From Clostridiaceae bacterium (GTDB lineage Bacteria; Bacillota; Clostridia; Acetivibrionales; DTU013), in assembly GCA_039679375.1 (NCBI GenBank), contig JBDKVA010000039.1, positions 1-43,995 on the forward strand: a stretch of DNA of 43,995 bases, given 5' to 3'. Position 1 is the stretch's first letter, and every line of letters starts with the position of its first letter. This document shows positions 17,755 to 26,429 of this stretch, piece after piece. The notes below the pieces were generated by a model. The model had not been told where the DNA came from and made no database searches. It was given only the letters and a program-made list of their open reading frames with translations. The translations under genes were made by a program, and so were the position numbers.

Positions 17755-18036
17755 TTTTTCACATCCTATAACCTGTTACAAAATAAGCAACTCATAAAAT
17801 ATGGTAAATGATTATATGTTATTTGTCAAATAATCTATTTTTTATAACATGTTGGAATTTGTCGTTTTTTTGTAGTTTTATTGCTATCCCTGTTTTCACA
17901 ATAAGCATAAATTCATTCGGGGAAATACCTTTTACAGGCATAAAAAAGCTCTTATGCATTATGATTCTGATAAACATATACATAAGAGCTGCAGTGTATA
18001 CAAAAATTTAAATGCTGTCAATTCTTAATCAGGCTT

Positions 18037-18768
18037 TTACTCCTCCTGATCCCAGTTATGCCAGACGTTCTGGACGTCGTCCATATCCTCGAGGTTCTCG
18101 ATCAGTCTATCCATCATCTCGATCTGCTTCGGGTCGGTTAGTCTCGTAGTTGTAACCGGCAGCATCGATACCTCGGCTTCCATGAATTCATAGCCTTTTG
18201 CTTCCAATGCTTCTCTGACCTTCGAGAAATCATTCGGGTCAGTTGTAATCTCAAAGTAGTCCTCTTCGGTTGTAAAGTCCTCCGCACCGGCATCGAGCGC
18301 TTCCATCATAAGGTTGTCTTCAACGATTTTACCGTCTTGTTCTATCAGTATAACGCCTTTCTTATTGAACATGAATGATACGCTGCCGGTCTGCCCGAGA
18401 TTGCCTCCGAACTTGTCAAAGTAATGCCTGATATCGCCGGCTGTCCTGTTACGGTTGTCCGTCGCCGCTTCGACGATGACTGCCACACCGCCCGGGCCAT
18501 AGCCTTCGTAGCCGATTTCCTCATAATTGTTGCCCTCGCCCTCACCGGCAGCCTTCTTTATACTTCTCATTATATTATCATTCGGCATATTGGATGCCTT
18601 GGCTTTGGCAATGACATCCTTCAGTCTGGAATTGGCTTCTGGATTGGCTCCGCCTGATTTGACGGCGATGGCCAGTTCCCTTCCAAGCTTTGTGAACACC
18701 TTACCGCGCTGTGCGTCCGACTTGCCCTTTTTGATTTTAATATTTGCCCATTTTGAATGGCCCGACAT
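18037..18768 (-). CDS. yebC: YebC/PmpR family DNA-binding transcriptional regulator
   Basis: MSGHSKWANIKIKKGKSDAQRGKVFTKLGRE is the YebC family N-terminus. The SD GGAGGG lies upstream. Confidence 0.9.
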   Translation of the reverse strand: MSGHSKWANIKIKKGKSDAQRGKVFTKLGRELAIAVKSGGANPEANSRLKDVIAKAKASNMPNDNIMRSIKKAAGEGEGNNYEEIGYEGYGPGGVAVIVEAATDNRNRTAGDIRHYFDKFGGNLGQTGSVSFMFNKKGVILIEQDGKIVEDNLMMEALDAGAEDFTTEEDYFEITTDPNDFSKVREALEAKGYEFMEAEVSMLPVTTTRLTDPKQIEMMDRLIENLEDMDDVQNVWHNWDQEE

Positions 18769-18948
18769 AAATATCCCTCCAGTATATGCAGCTTCATTTC
18801 CGTATTGCGGAAATATGTTTACATTTCTGCTATATAAATATAAAATAATATTTGGTATTTTATGGCATTGCTTATTTTTTCAGGAAACCATAAAACCTGC
18901 AAATACATAATACCATATACTGTTTAAAATATAAAGGGTGGGCTTTAC

Positions 18949-19896
18949 ATGGAAATAAATTTTTTATTGATAGTAAATGCGGTCATCATCTTTCTGCTAT
19001 TATCCATATGCATTTTTTTGTTACGTACATACAGTAAGACGAAACGAGAATACATAAAAAACGAAAAACGCCTTACGGATCAATTGAATTCCGAAATGGA
19101 ATATGGCAGAAGAAAATCCGAATTCTTTTCCAATATGGTCCATGAACTGAAAACTCCGCTTAGCGTCCTGCTGGGAGCCGTACAGCTAATGGAGCTGAAA
19201 AAGATCGATTCGGCGGATTTTGAAAACAATTTCCTTAAAAATATGAAGATTATAAAATGCAACTGTTACAGAATGCTGCGCCTTATAAATAATCTGCTGG
19301 ATCTGACAAGGTTCGAGGAAGGCTACCTGGAGTTGAGGCCTGTCAATTGCGATCTGAACCTTTTGCTTGATGAAATCATACAATCTGTTATGCCTTATGC
19401 GGTCCAGCGAAAACTCGATCTGCGTTTCGACAGGCCAACTGAAGCCGTTGTCTCAGCGATCGATTTAGAAAAGATGGAGCGGATAATGCTGAATTTATTA
19501 TCGAATGCCATCAAATTCACCAATCCAGGTGGAGTCATTACCGTATCCTCTTATACATCCGGAGACCGGATCTTTATTTCGGTGAAGGATTCCGGCTCCG
19601 GTATCCCTATAAAAAATCAAGAGGAAATATTCGACCGGTTCAGGCAATTGGAGAATAGCGGCTCCGTCAATAATAAGGGCAGCGGCATCGGGCTTTCGCT
19701 GGTCAAATCCTTTGTTAACCTTCACCATGGCAATATACGCGTAATCAGTGAGGAAACGCGGGGAAGTGAATTTATCATAGACCTTCCCGCGCAAAATAGC
19801 GATGAAACCGTAAAACATATGCCGGCAGAGCATTGCAGCCAATTCACTGAGGAGGTAAAAATCGAGCTTTCCGACCTTCATACCGCAGCATTATGA
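18949..19896 (+). CDS. Sensor histidine kinase (single TM, HisKA + HATPase_c), orphan
   Basis: The H-box FFSNMVHELKTPLS is present, as are the N, G1 and G2 boxes (LLSNAIKFT, DSGSGIP, GSGIGLSLV). No response regulator is adjacent. Confidence 0.85.
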   Translation: MEINFLLIVNAVIIFLLLSICIFLLRTYSKTKREYIKNEKRLTDQLNSEMEYGRRKSEFFSNMVHELKTPLSVLLGAVQLMELKKIDSADFENNFLKNMKIIKCNCYRMLRLINNLLDLTRFEEGYLELRPVNCDLNLLLDEIIQSVMPYAVQRKLDLRFDRPTEAVVSAIDLEKMERIMLNLLSNAIKFTNPGGVITVSSYTSGDRIFISVKDSGSGIPIKNQEEIFDRFRQLENSGSVNNKGSGIGLSLVKSFVNLHHGNIRVISEETRGSEFIIDLPAQNSDETVKHMPAEHCSQFTEEVKIELSDLHTAAL

Positions 19897-19977
19897 TACC
19901 GTTGGATTTATATGATTTTTAAGCTCGTCATAATGGCAGCATCCGGTACATTCTGCCATTCTGAGCACAGCAAAGGA

Positions 19978-20367
19978 TCACGCAAGAGCCACAAGCACGC
20001 AGGACTGAACTATATTAAGGCCCTTTGAAGCGGCGAATTCCAGCAGCTCGTCGTCATATGTCCCTGGCTGGAACCATATGTTTTCAATGCCCAGCCTTGC
20101 GGCCTCCTCCAATATAGGCCTGCCTCTCTTCGGTGAGACCACCATATCGACCACCTCGGGTTTTTCAGGCAGCGAACCAAGATCCTTATAGCATAAGCGG
20201 CCTTCAATACTTTCATACATCGGATTCACCGGGTAAACCGTATAACCGGCCGACAGCAGCTTCCGGAATATTTTATTGCCATACTTTTCAGGATCTTCAT
20301 TGGCTCCTGCAACAGCCCAGATCTTTTTCTCAAGCATCTTTTCAATCTCCCGCTTCTCACCTGTCAT
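19978..20367 (-). CDS. CoA-binding domain protein (YccU-like)
   Basis: KIWAVAGANEDPEKYGNKIFRKL..GYTVYPVNP is a CoA_binding_2 signature. Confidence 0.8.
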   Translation of the reverse strand: MTGEKREIEKMLEKKIWAVAGANEDPEKYGNKIFRKLLSAGYTVYPVNPMYESIEGRLCYKDLGSLPEKPEVVDMVVSPKRGRPILEEAARLGIENIWFQPGTYDDELLEFAASKGLNIVQSCVLVALA

Positions 20368-20439
20368 ATATTACCTATCACCTTTCCCTGTTTATATCAA
20401 CCTGCCGCTTTCCAATTTCCGCCTGCAGCATCCCATCAC

Positions 20440-20481
20440 TCACCTCTCACCTCCCGCGTCCCACATCCCACCTCTCACCTC
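20440..20481. repeat. Pyrimidine-rich (plus strand) / purine-rich (mRNA sense) direct-repeat tract
   Basis: On the plus strand the tract reads ctcacctctcacctcccgcgtcccacatcccacctctcacctctca. On the minus (sense) strand it reads gagaggtgagaggtgggatgtgggacgcgggaggtgagaggtgag, with several GGA and SD-like GGAGGTGA motifs. Confidence 0.5.
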
Positions 20482-21114
20482 TCACTTCCCGCTCCGTATG
20501 TACTCCTTTTCTCCGGCAAACAGGATGACTCTGGCGTTTGTGGCCTCGGTCAGCAACGCGGAAAAGGCTTCAAAGTCATCCACCGGCACATATACGCACA
20601 TTTCAACATCCTGCGCATAAACCGTGTCCTTCACCCTATAACCCTTCGAAGCAACAATGGCCTGCACTTTTCCAAGCAGCGGGTAATCAAGAGCAATTTC
20701 AGCCTTCACACAAAGCTGCATCCTGATAATACCGGCTGCATCGATCCCCATGGCCGCGCACCTGCCATATACCCTGACAAGGCCTGACGCGCCAAGCAGC
20801 GTTCCGCCGAAATACCGCGTCACGACGACCGCCGCATCCTGCACCCCTGACTTTTTTATTGCCTCCAGCGCCGGCAGTCCGGCAGTGCCCGAGGGCTCGC
20901 CGTCATCGCTGAACTTCTGCATCAAATTATTACCGCATATATAGTATGCATAAACATTATGCGTTGCATTCCAGTATTTCGCCTTTAAACCGTTAATGAA
21001 GCCATAAGCCTCTTCCTCAGAAGCCACAGGCTTTGCCGTTGCAATGAACCTTGACCTCTTTTCCTCCAGCTCGGCTGTTGCTTCATTTAAAATGGTCAGA
21101 TACTCACTGCGCAT
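20482..21114 (-). CDS. yigZ: YigZ / IMPACT family protein (UPF0029)
   Basis: KRSRFIATAKPVASEEEA..HNVYAY..DDGEPSGTAG is the IMPACT family core. Confidence 0.85.
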   Translation of the reverse strand: MRSEYLTILNEATAELEEKRSRFIATAKPVASEEEAYGFINGLKAKYWNATHNVYAYYICGNNLMQKFSDDGEPSGTAGLPALEAIKKSGVQDAAVVVTRYFGGTLLGASGLVRVYGRCAAMGIDAAGIIRMQLCVKAEIALDYPLLGKVQAIVASKGYRVKDTVYAQDVEMCVYVPVDDFEAFSALLTEATNARVILFAGEKEYIRSGK

Positions 21115-21349
21115 CTTCTGCTCCTCTCAAATAAATTTCGAGGGCGTCGAGCCCCGCTCATAGTACATTTCGCTATACGAAATTTCCTGTCGTGATTGTC
21201 GCTCAGCGAAATCACTTATTTGGCCGAATTTGTTTCGCAAATGGCCTGGAAAACAAATGATAGCAGATTTCCTGCTATCATTTGTTTATCATTATAAAAT
21301 AAAATAATTCCGCCATCCAAATAATATTGCGTAATGCCAACCCTATATC

Positions 21350-21808
21350 CTAAACGGCTACAGAGGTAATCTCCTTGTACATCCTGTAGGACAGGTTTAA
21401 AAGAGCCTTATCCTGGCTGTAGGTTACCAGCTTCATGGCCTCCTCAATTTCAAAATACCCCGCATCCATTATTTTTCCTTGATCATTGATTTTAAAGTAA
21501 TTGTTATTAGATTTCATGATGTACCAGATAATTTTGTTGCAGACCGGTTTCTGACGTGTTACGGAAAAGAACTCATAATTTGTGTGCCCAGCTGTAGAAA
21601 TGATTTCCGAAGCAATGTCCGCTTCCTCTTTGACTCTCCTTAATGCTACTTCATTTGGTAATTCACCGTTGCGTATTACTCCCTTCGGAAAGCCCCACTC
21701 GTCTTTCTCATTTCTGATGAGAAAAGCTTTGCTCCCGCAGAAGACAATGCCTCCTGCACAGTTTCTGACTAACATATTAAGATCCCTTCCTTTCAGACGG
21801 ATTGCCAC
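21350..21808 (-). CDS. NUDIX hydrolase
   Basis: The Nudix box is GFPKGVIRNGELPNEVALRRVKEEADI. Confidence 0.8.
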   Translation of the reverse strand: MAIRLKGRDLNMLVRNCAGGIVFCGSKAFLIRNEKDEWGFPKGVIRNGELPNEVALRRVKEEADIASEIISTAGHTNYEFFSVTRQKPVCNKIIWYIMKSNNNYFKINDQGKIMDAGYFEIEEAMKLVTYSQDKALLNLSYRMYKEITSVAV

Positions 21809-21926
21809 CTCAATACTTATATGGGCATATCCGTTATTTACTATTATGATATCCTATTTTCAGAATTTATTCAACTTTCACAAAGTATCATAAAATATTT
21901 TCCTGTCAGTTTAGGAACAGTACTCA

Positions 21927-23789
21927 TCAGGAAATAACAAATTCTCGTACTTTATCTGCCTTCGACCTTTTAAGCTTAACTCTGGCAGAAATGCCCTCCT
22001 GTAGATATTCCTGGTTCAATATGCTACCGTTTTCATGAATATACGGGATGACCCACCCGGCATCATAAGGTATCTGCAAAAGCAATTCCTCCTCATCAGG
22101 CAGCAAAGCTGCAGTAATGGCAGACAGCAGCGATTCCATCCCGAAGCCGGTCAATGCCGACACTTCCACGCAATTTGAATGATGCTGCATTGCAGATAAA
22201 CGGCCGCTGTCCGATATCTTATCCTGCTTGTTGAGCACCATCAAAACCGGTTTTCCTGCTGCGCCCAGGCTCTGAAGCAAATTTTCCGTCACCCTGATAT
22301 GTTCGTCGGCTTCGCTATCCGATACATCCACTACATGCAGCAGCAAATCTGCGCATACAGCCTCCTCAAGCGTGGATTTGAAGGCTTCCACCAGTTCATG
22401 CGGCAATTTCCTTATAAAGCCGACCGTATCTACCAGCAATATCTCCTTGCCATTGGGCAATACCAGCTTTCTTGTGGTTGGATCCAGTGTGGCAAAGAGT
22501 TTGTCTTCCACCAGCACGTCAGCATTGCAAAGGTTGTTTAGAAGCGTTGACTTGCCCGAATTTGTATAGCCTACCAGCGCAGCCACCGGCACGTCATTGC
22601 GCCGCCTGCTCTCCCTGGAAAGTCCCCTGCGCTTTGCAATATTGTCCAGTTCCGCTTCAAGTGCGCCGACCCTTCTTCTGATGTGCCTTCTGTCCACTTC
22701 AAGCTTTTTTTCACCGGGACCTCTGGTGCCAATGCCTCCTCCAAGCCTTGAAAGCTGTCCCCCCAGGCCTGTCAGGCGCGGCAGACGGTATTTCAGCTGT
22801 GCGAGCTCCACCTGCAGCTTACCTTCGCTGGATCGTGCCCTCTGCGCAAATATGTCCAGGATCAGCATTGTTCTGTCCAGCACCTTTACACCGGTCTGAC
22901 CTTCGATATTCCTGATCTGAGCCCCCGACAGCTCGTCGTCGAATACCAGCGTATCCGCGCTGAGTGCCTGCAGCATCAAAGACAGTTGCTCAATTTTTCC
23001 TCGTCCTATATAAAATGCAGCGTCCCTTGAAGGCCTTTTCTGCAAAACCTTTTCCAGCACCGCAAGACCCGCTGTCCCGGCTAACTCGCCAAGCTCATCG
23101 AGCGACCTTTGCGCTTCGCCCGGGGCTCCGCTATTTTGGGTCTGAGCCGTATCAAGGCCCACCAGTATGGCTTTCTCCCGCTCCTCCTGCAAATATCCCT
23201 GATCACTGGAATAAAACCTGTCAAGCTCGTAAAGGTGTTCAAAAAGGCTGTCCAGCTCGGCACAACTCACGAATGGTCTAAACAGATCGGCGCCATCAAA
23301 GCCGGCATCAAAACAATTACCTTCCAAACGGTCATTTAATTTAACTTTCTGATTATCCGGCACTTTTTGGCACTTCGGCAAAGCTGCGGATATTCCTGTG
23401 ACCTTGCCATTACTGACACCGACCGCCACCATTGCATCCAGATTCATCACAAGCAGCGAGTTGATATCGACTGCCGAAAGCATCGAATCACCGTTGGGAT
23501 GGGTATGTATGCAGCGGACGCCGGAAAGCCGCGCCTTATTTCTGCGGCCCTCCACCTGCGAAAGCGAGACGGTGCCGCTGTCGCCGATGCTGATATCGAG
23601 GATGCTCCCCTTCCGGTTGATATAAACGGCTATCTCGCGGTTTATATTGCACGATATCGCAGCTATGCTTACAACAAGCTGTTCCGGTAAAAAGCTGCCG
23701 CTGTCCGGCTCCAGGCCGTACAAATTCCGAAGCTCCTCCAGAAGCGTTGCTTTGAGCGATTGTGTATTTCCGCTTATTTCTCTATCCAT
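21927..23789 (-). CDS. hflX: GTPase HflX, long form with a ~190-aa N-terminal extension
   Basis: The HflX G-domain carries G1 GYTNSGKST, G3 DTVGF and G4 NKQD, plus an upstream HflX N-domain. An extra N-terminal region includes CIHTHPNGDSM. Confidence 0.85.
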   Translation of the reverse strand: MDREISGNTQSLKATLLEELRNLYGLEPDSGSFLPEQLVVSIAAISCNINREIAVYINRKGSILDISIGDSGTVSLSQVEGRRNKARLSGVRCIHTHPNGDSMLSAVDINSLLVMNLDAMVAVGVSNGKVTGISAALPKCQKVPDNQKVKLNDRLEGNCFDAGFDGADLFRPFVSCAELDSLFEHLYELDRFYSSDQGYLQEEREKAILVGLDTAQTQNSGAPGEAQRSLDELGELAGTAGLAVLEKVLQKRPSRDAAFYIGRGKIEQLSLMLQALSADTLVFDDELSGAQIRNIEGQTGVKVLDRTMLILDIFAQRARSSEGKLQVELAQLKYRLPRLTGLGGQLSRLGGGIGTRGPGEKKLEVDRRHIRRRVGALEAELDNIAKRRGLSRESRRRNDVPVAALVGYTNSGKSTLLNNLCNADVLVEDKLFATLDPTTRKLVLPNGKEILLVDTVGFIRKLPHELVEAFKSTLEEAVCADLLLHVVDVSDSEADEHIRVTENLLQSLGAAGKPVLMVLNKQDKISDSGRLSAMQHHSNCVEVSALTGFGMESLLSAITAALLPDEEELLLQIPYDAGWVIPYIHENGSILNQEYLQEGISARVKLKRSKADKVREFVIS

Positions 23790-23869
23790 TATGACTCCAT
23801 TTTTCTTAACTTCATTTTATGTGCTAGTTGATTTTATGCTTTATGTGCCGGTTGACGCTACGCCCCCGA

Positions 23870-25150
23870 TTAATAATTCTGCGGGACATATCCGGGCAGC
23901 TTCTTCTCAATAAATTTAATATCCAATCTTGCAAATCTCTGCAGTCCGCCTACCAACTCTATTTCCGGCCATCCTCCCTGTATCAGCGGGCGGGCATAAT
24001 CCACAAAGGCATCCGTTACGTCGATACGGCTTGCGGTAAGCCATTCCTTAGGTAAAAAGCGCTCCGAATTCGCCACCACCTCAAGCTTCACTTTGTCAAA
24101 CAGAGCTTTGTAGCTTCCACCGGGAGCGCGAAGTATGGTCGCCATCCAGCCCGTGCCATCCTCAAGGGCTATCCGGACTGCCTTCTTACCTACCTCATAT
24201 GCTTCCTCGATATCGACCGGCGAAGCCTGGATCGATGCCGACCTTTGAAGTACGCCGGGAAGCTGTCCCGTAACCTGTCCCCTTGCCTTTATTCCCTTTT
24301 CATTCAGATAATTGACGACGACCTGCACCGCGGTCGTCCTGCTGGCGCCGTATTCCACATGGCCGAATGCATCCCGCGCTTCGCCCAGATTGCCGACGTC
24401 AAACCCTTCATTTACCACAACAATACAGCGGCCGGACCTTTGCAGCTCACAGTTCACATTTTCAGCCAACGCTTCCAGGTTGAGGCCGGATTCTGCCATG
24501 TACAGCTGCAGAGGTATTTCCCTGTGCGGATCAGCCAGCCTTGCTGCAGCCGTGATGTAGCCCGATTTCCTTCCCATGGCCTGAAGTACGGCAACCGCTT
24601 CCGAGCCGCACATTCCCCTGTTTTCCTCATTCACATTCTGTATGAGGTGCGCCCAGTACCTTGCGGCACTGCCATATCCCGGGGTATGGTCTATAATGGT
24701 AAATTTGTCGTCTCCGATATCATTGTCGATCGTCTTTGGCACACCTGCTACCACAAGGTCAAGCCCTTTTTCACGTGCAAGCTTCGAAACCTTGCCGGCG
24801 GTATCCATGGAATCATTTCCGCCGATATAGAAAAAGTAGCCGATATCATGGGCCTTCATCACTTCGATAATGCGGTCGAAATCCTTTTGCTGCCCTGATT
24901 TCAGCTTGTATCTGCAAGTGCCGACAGCTCCGGCAGCCGGCGTCCTTTTCAGCCTCTTCAGCTCCTCCGTCGGCTGCTTGCCCATATCGATGAGCTCTTC
25001 CAACATGACTCCCTCTATCCCATGCCAGCCCGCATAGACATTTGCGATATGGTCAGGGTAGGAGAAGCAGGCTTCTATGACACCCTGCAGTGATGAATTG
25101 ATGACCGGCGACGGTCCCCCTGATTGTGCTACCAATGCGTTTTTCCTCAT
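23870..25150 (-). CDS. pfp: Pyrophosphate-dependent 6-phosphofructokinase (PPi-PFK, group II long PFK)
   Basis: The PFK family N-terminus is ALVAQSGGPSPVINSS. The motif GGNDS has Asp at the position equivalent to E. coli Gly104, which is the known PPi-specificity determinant. I chose the ATG at 25150 because GGAGG lies 6 nt upstream. The track starts at a TTG 21 nt further upstream. Confidence 0.8.
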   Translation of the reverse strand: MRKNALVAQSGGPSPVINSSLQGVIEACFSYPDHIANVYAGWHGIEGVMLEELIDMGKQPTEELKRLKRTPAAGAVGTCRYKLKSGQQKDFDRIIEVMKAHDIGYFFYIGGNDSMDTAGKVSKLAREKGLDLVVAGVPKTIDNDIGDDKFTIIDHTPGYGSAARYWAHLIQNVNEENRGMCGSEAVAVLQAMGRKSGYITAAARLADPHREIPLQLYMAESGLNLEALAENVNCELQRSGRCIVVVNEGFDVGNLGEARDAFGHVEYGASRTTAVQVVVNYLNEKGIKARGQVTGQLPGVLQRSASIQASPVDIEEAYEVGKKAVRIALEDGTGWMATILRAPGGSYKALFDKVKLEVVANSERFLPKEWLTASRIDVTDAFVDYARPLIQGGWPEIELVGGLQRFARLDIKFIEKKLPGYVPQNY

Positions 25151-25322
25151 TTGCTGCCTCCGATATAACAAACTATGCCGTATCCATGCCTTCCATATGA
25201 GGTATTATATCATTATGAGAAGATAAGCCGCAATTCAAAAGAATAGTATAAATGTAAAATGCCAAAATGACGATAAATTAATGTATGGATAATGATTGCA
25301 AATACTGAAATGAACCATATTA

Positions 25323-25417
25323 ATTGAATGAAATTTTCTAACCGCCTGCCTATGCAAACATCACAGGATCGCTGCTGTTTGCATAGCCATTCGACAAGAA
25401 AATCAGTTCATTCAATG
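25323..25417. repeat. Interspersed structured repeat family B, copy 1 (~95 nt) with terminal inverted repeats and an internal 8-bp palindrome
   Basis: The sequence attgaatgaaattttct..tgcaaacatcacaggatcgctgctgtttgca..agaaaatcagttcattcaat has mutually reverse-complementary ends. It is about 85% identical to 38976-39069. It ends 27 nt before the ATG of the downstream REC-domain gene. Confidence 0.65.
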
Positions 25418-25444
25418 TAGTGATAAAATGTGAAGGAGATTGCC

Positions 25445-26371
25445 ATGGATGGTACGATATTAATCATGGCCTATTCCGCATATGAACGGCAAAAGGTACG
25501 GCATATAATAGAGAAAACCGGCAATTTCAATATCATAGAAGTCGGAAGCATAAGCCAATTCTACCTGCTTGACCTCGAAATAAACGAACTGAAGCTTGTT
25601 CTTCTGGATTTGGCCTTTCCAACTGAAAATGACGGTTTTGACGCGCTTAAAACAATTAGGGCATCTGAAAACAGGGATGTTCCTGTTATTGTTATTACAC
25701 ATTCCGATAATCACGAACTGAAGGTGGAGGCACTGAAATATTTCACCAATGATTATATTATCAAGCCATACCAGGTGAAAAGGCTTGAAAGCTCTATAAG
25801 GAGCCTTGTCCGTGTCGTCAGGGATTTCCATTACGATACGCAGCAAATCGAAGAGATCCGGATGAGCTTCGATAATTTGATAGAACGTGAAATCAAGTTT
25901 TCAAAACGCACACAAAGCCCTCTGTCATTAATACTGATTACAACCCTGCAGATACAAAATCGTATCGGCATAGGGAACCAGGCTGTGCCCGATAATAAAG
26001 CCGCCATTTTTTCCATAGCGGCACAAAAAGCAAAGGAAGTATTGCGCGCAACCGATACAATCGTCATCAATCATAACAGGGATATCATTATAGTGCTTCC
26101 TTGTACGGATGAGCCCGGCGTGAGGCTGGTATGCGCCAAGATCACCTCTGAGATGGAGCCGGAATTTGAAAAAATAAAGGCCGACCAGAATGAGTACATC
26201 TATCCGGTATATGTTACGTTCCCGATGGATGGGGACAGCTTTCAGATGTTGATGCAAACTGCCTTCAAAAAGGTTTCCAACAAGGAAAGACTGGAGAAGA
26301 TCGTTTCCATACCCACTGATACAAGAAAATATGCCGACATGACCTATAACCGGTACCAGAAATGGTTTTGA
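25445..26371 (+). CDS. Response-regulator receiver protein with a degenerate GGDEF-like C-terminal domain
   Basis: The REC domain (ILIMAY..LLDLAFP..VIVITHS..K) is followed by a GGDEF-like fold. The RxGGDEF position reads NHNRDIIIVLP, so it is probably catalytically inactive. I chose the ATG at 25445 because the SD GAAGGAG lies 6 nt upstream. The track starts at a GTG at 25430. Confidence 0.6.
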   Translation: MDGTILIMAYSAYERQKVRHIIEKTGNFNIIEVGSISQFYLLDLEINELKLVLLDLAFPTENDGFDALKTIRASENRDVPVIVITHSDNHELKVEALKYFTNDYIIKPYQVKRLESSIRSLVRVVRDFHYDTQQIEEIRMSFDNLIEREIKFSKRTQSPLSLILITTLQIQNRIGIGNQAVPDNKAAIFSIAAQKAKEVLRATDTIVINHNRDIIIVLPCTDEPGVRLVCAKITSEMEPEFEKIKADQNEYIYPVYVTFPMDGDSFQMLMQTAFKKVSNKERLEKIVSIPTDTRKYADMTYNRYQKWF

Positions 26372-26429
26372 GAGTGCTGCCGCTTCAGTAGCGGTCATGT
26401 ATCCGTCTTGAAAATCCGGCCTTATACCT

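Noticed and set aside
17808-18011. A 67-aa ORF in the AT-rich spacer upstream of the ABC operon, considered as a possible precursor peptide
   Set aside because: It has no SD. Its composition is highly hydrophobic, Ile/Phe-rich, and simply reflects the AT-rich promoter DNA. I found no leader or core peptide features.
20370-20485. A CRISPR-like or microsatellite array in the ctcacc-rich tract
   Set aside because: The units are short (6-15 nt), imperfect and contiguous, with no spacer-sized unique inserts. There is no cas gene, so it is not CRISPR.
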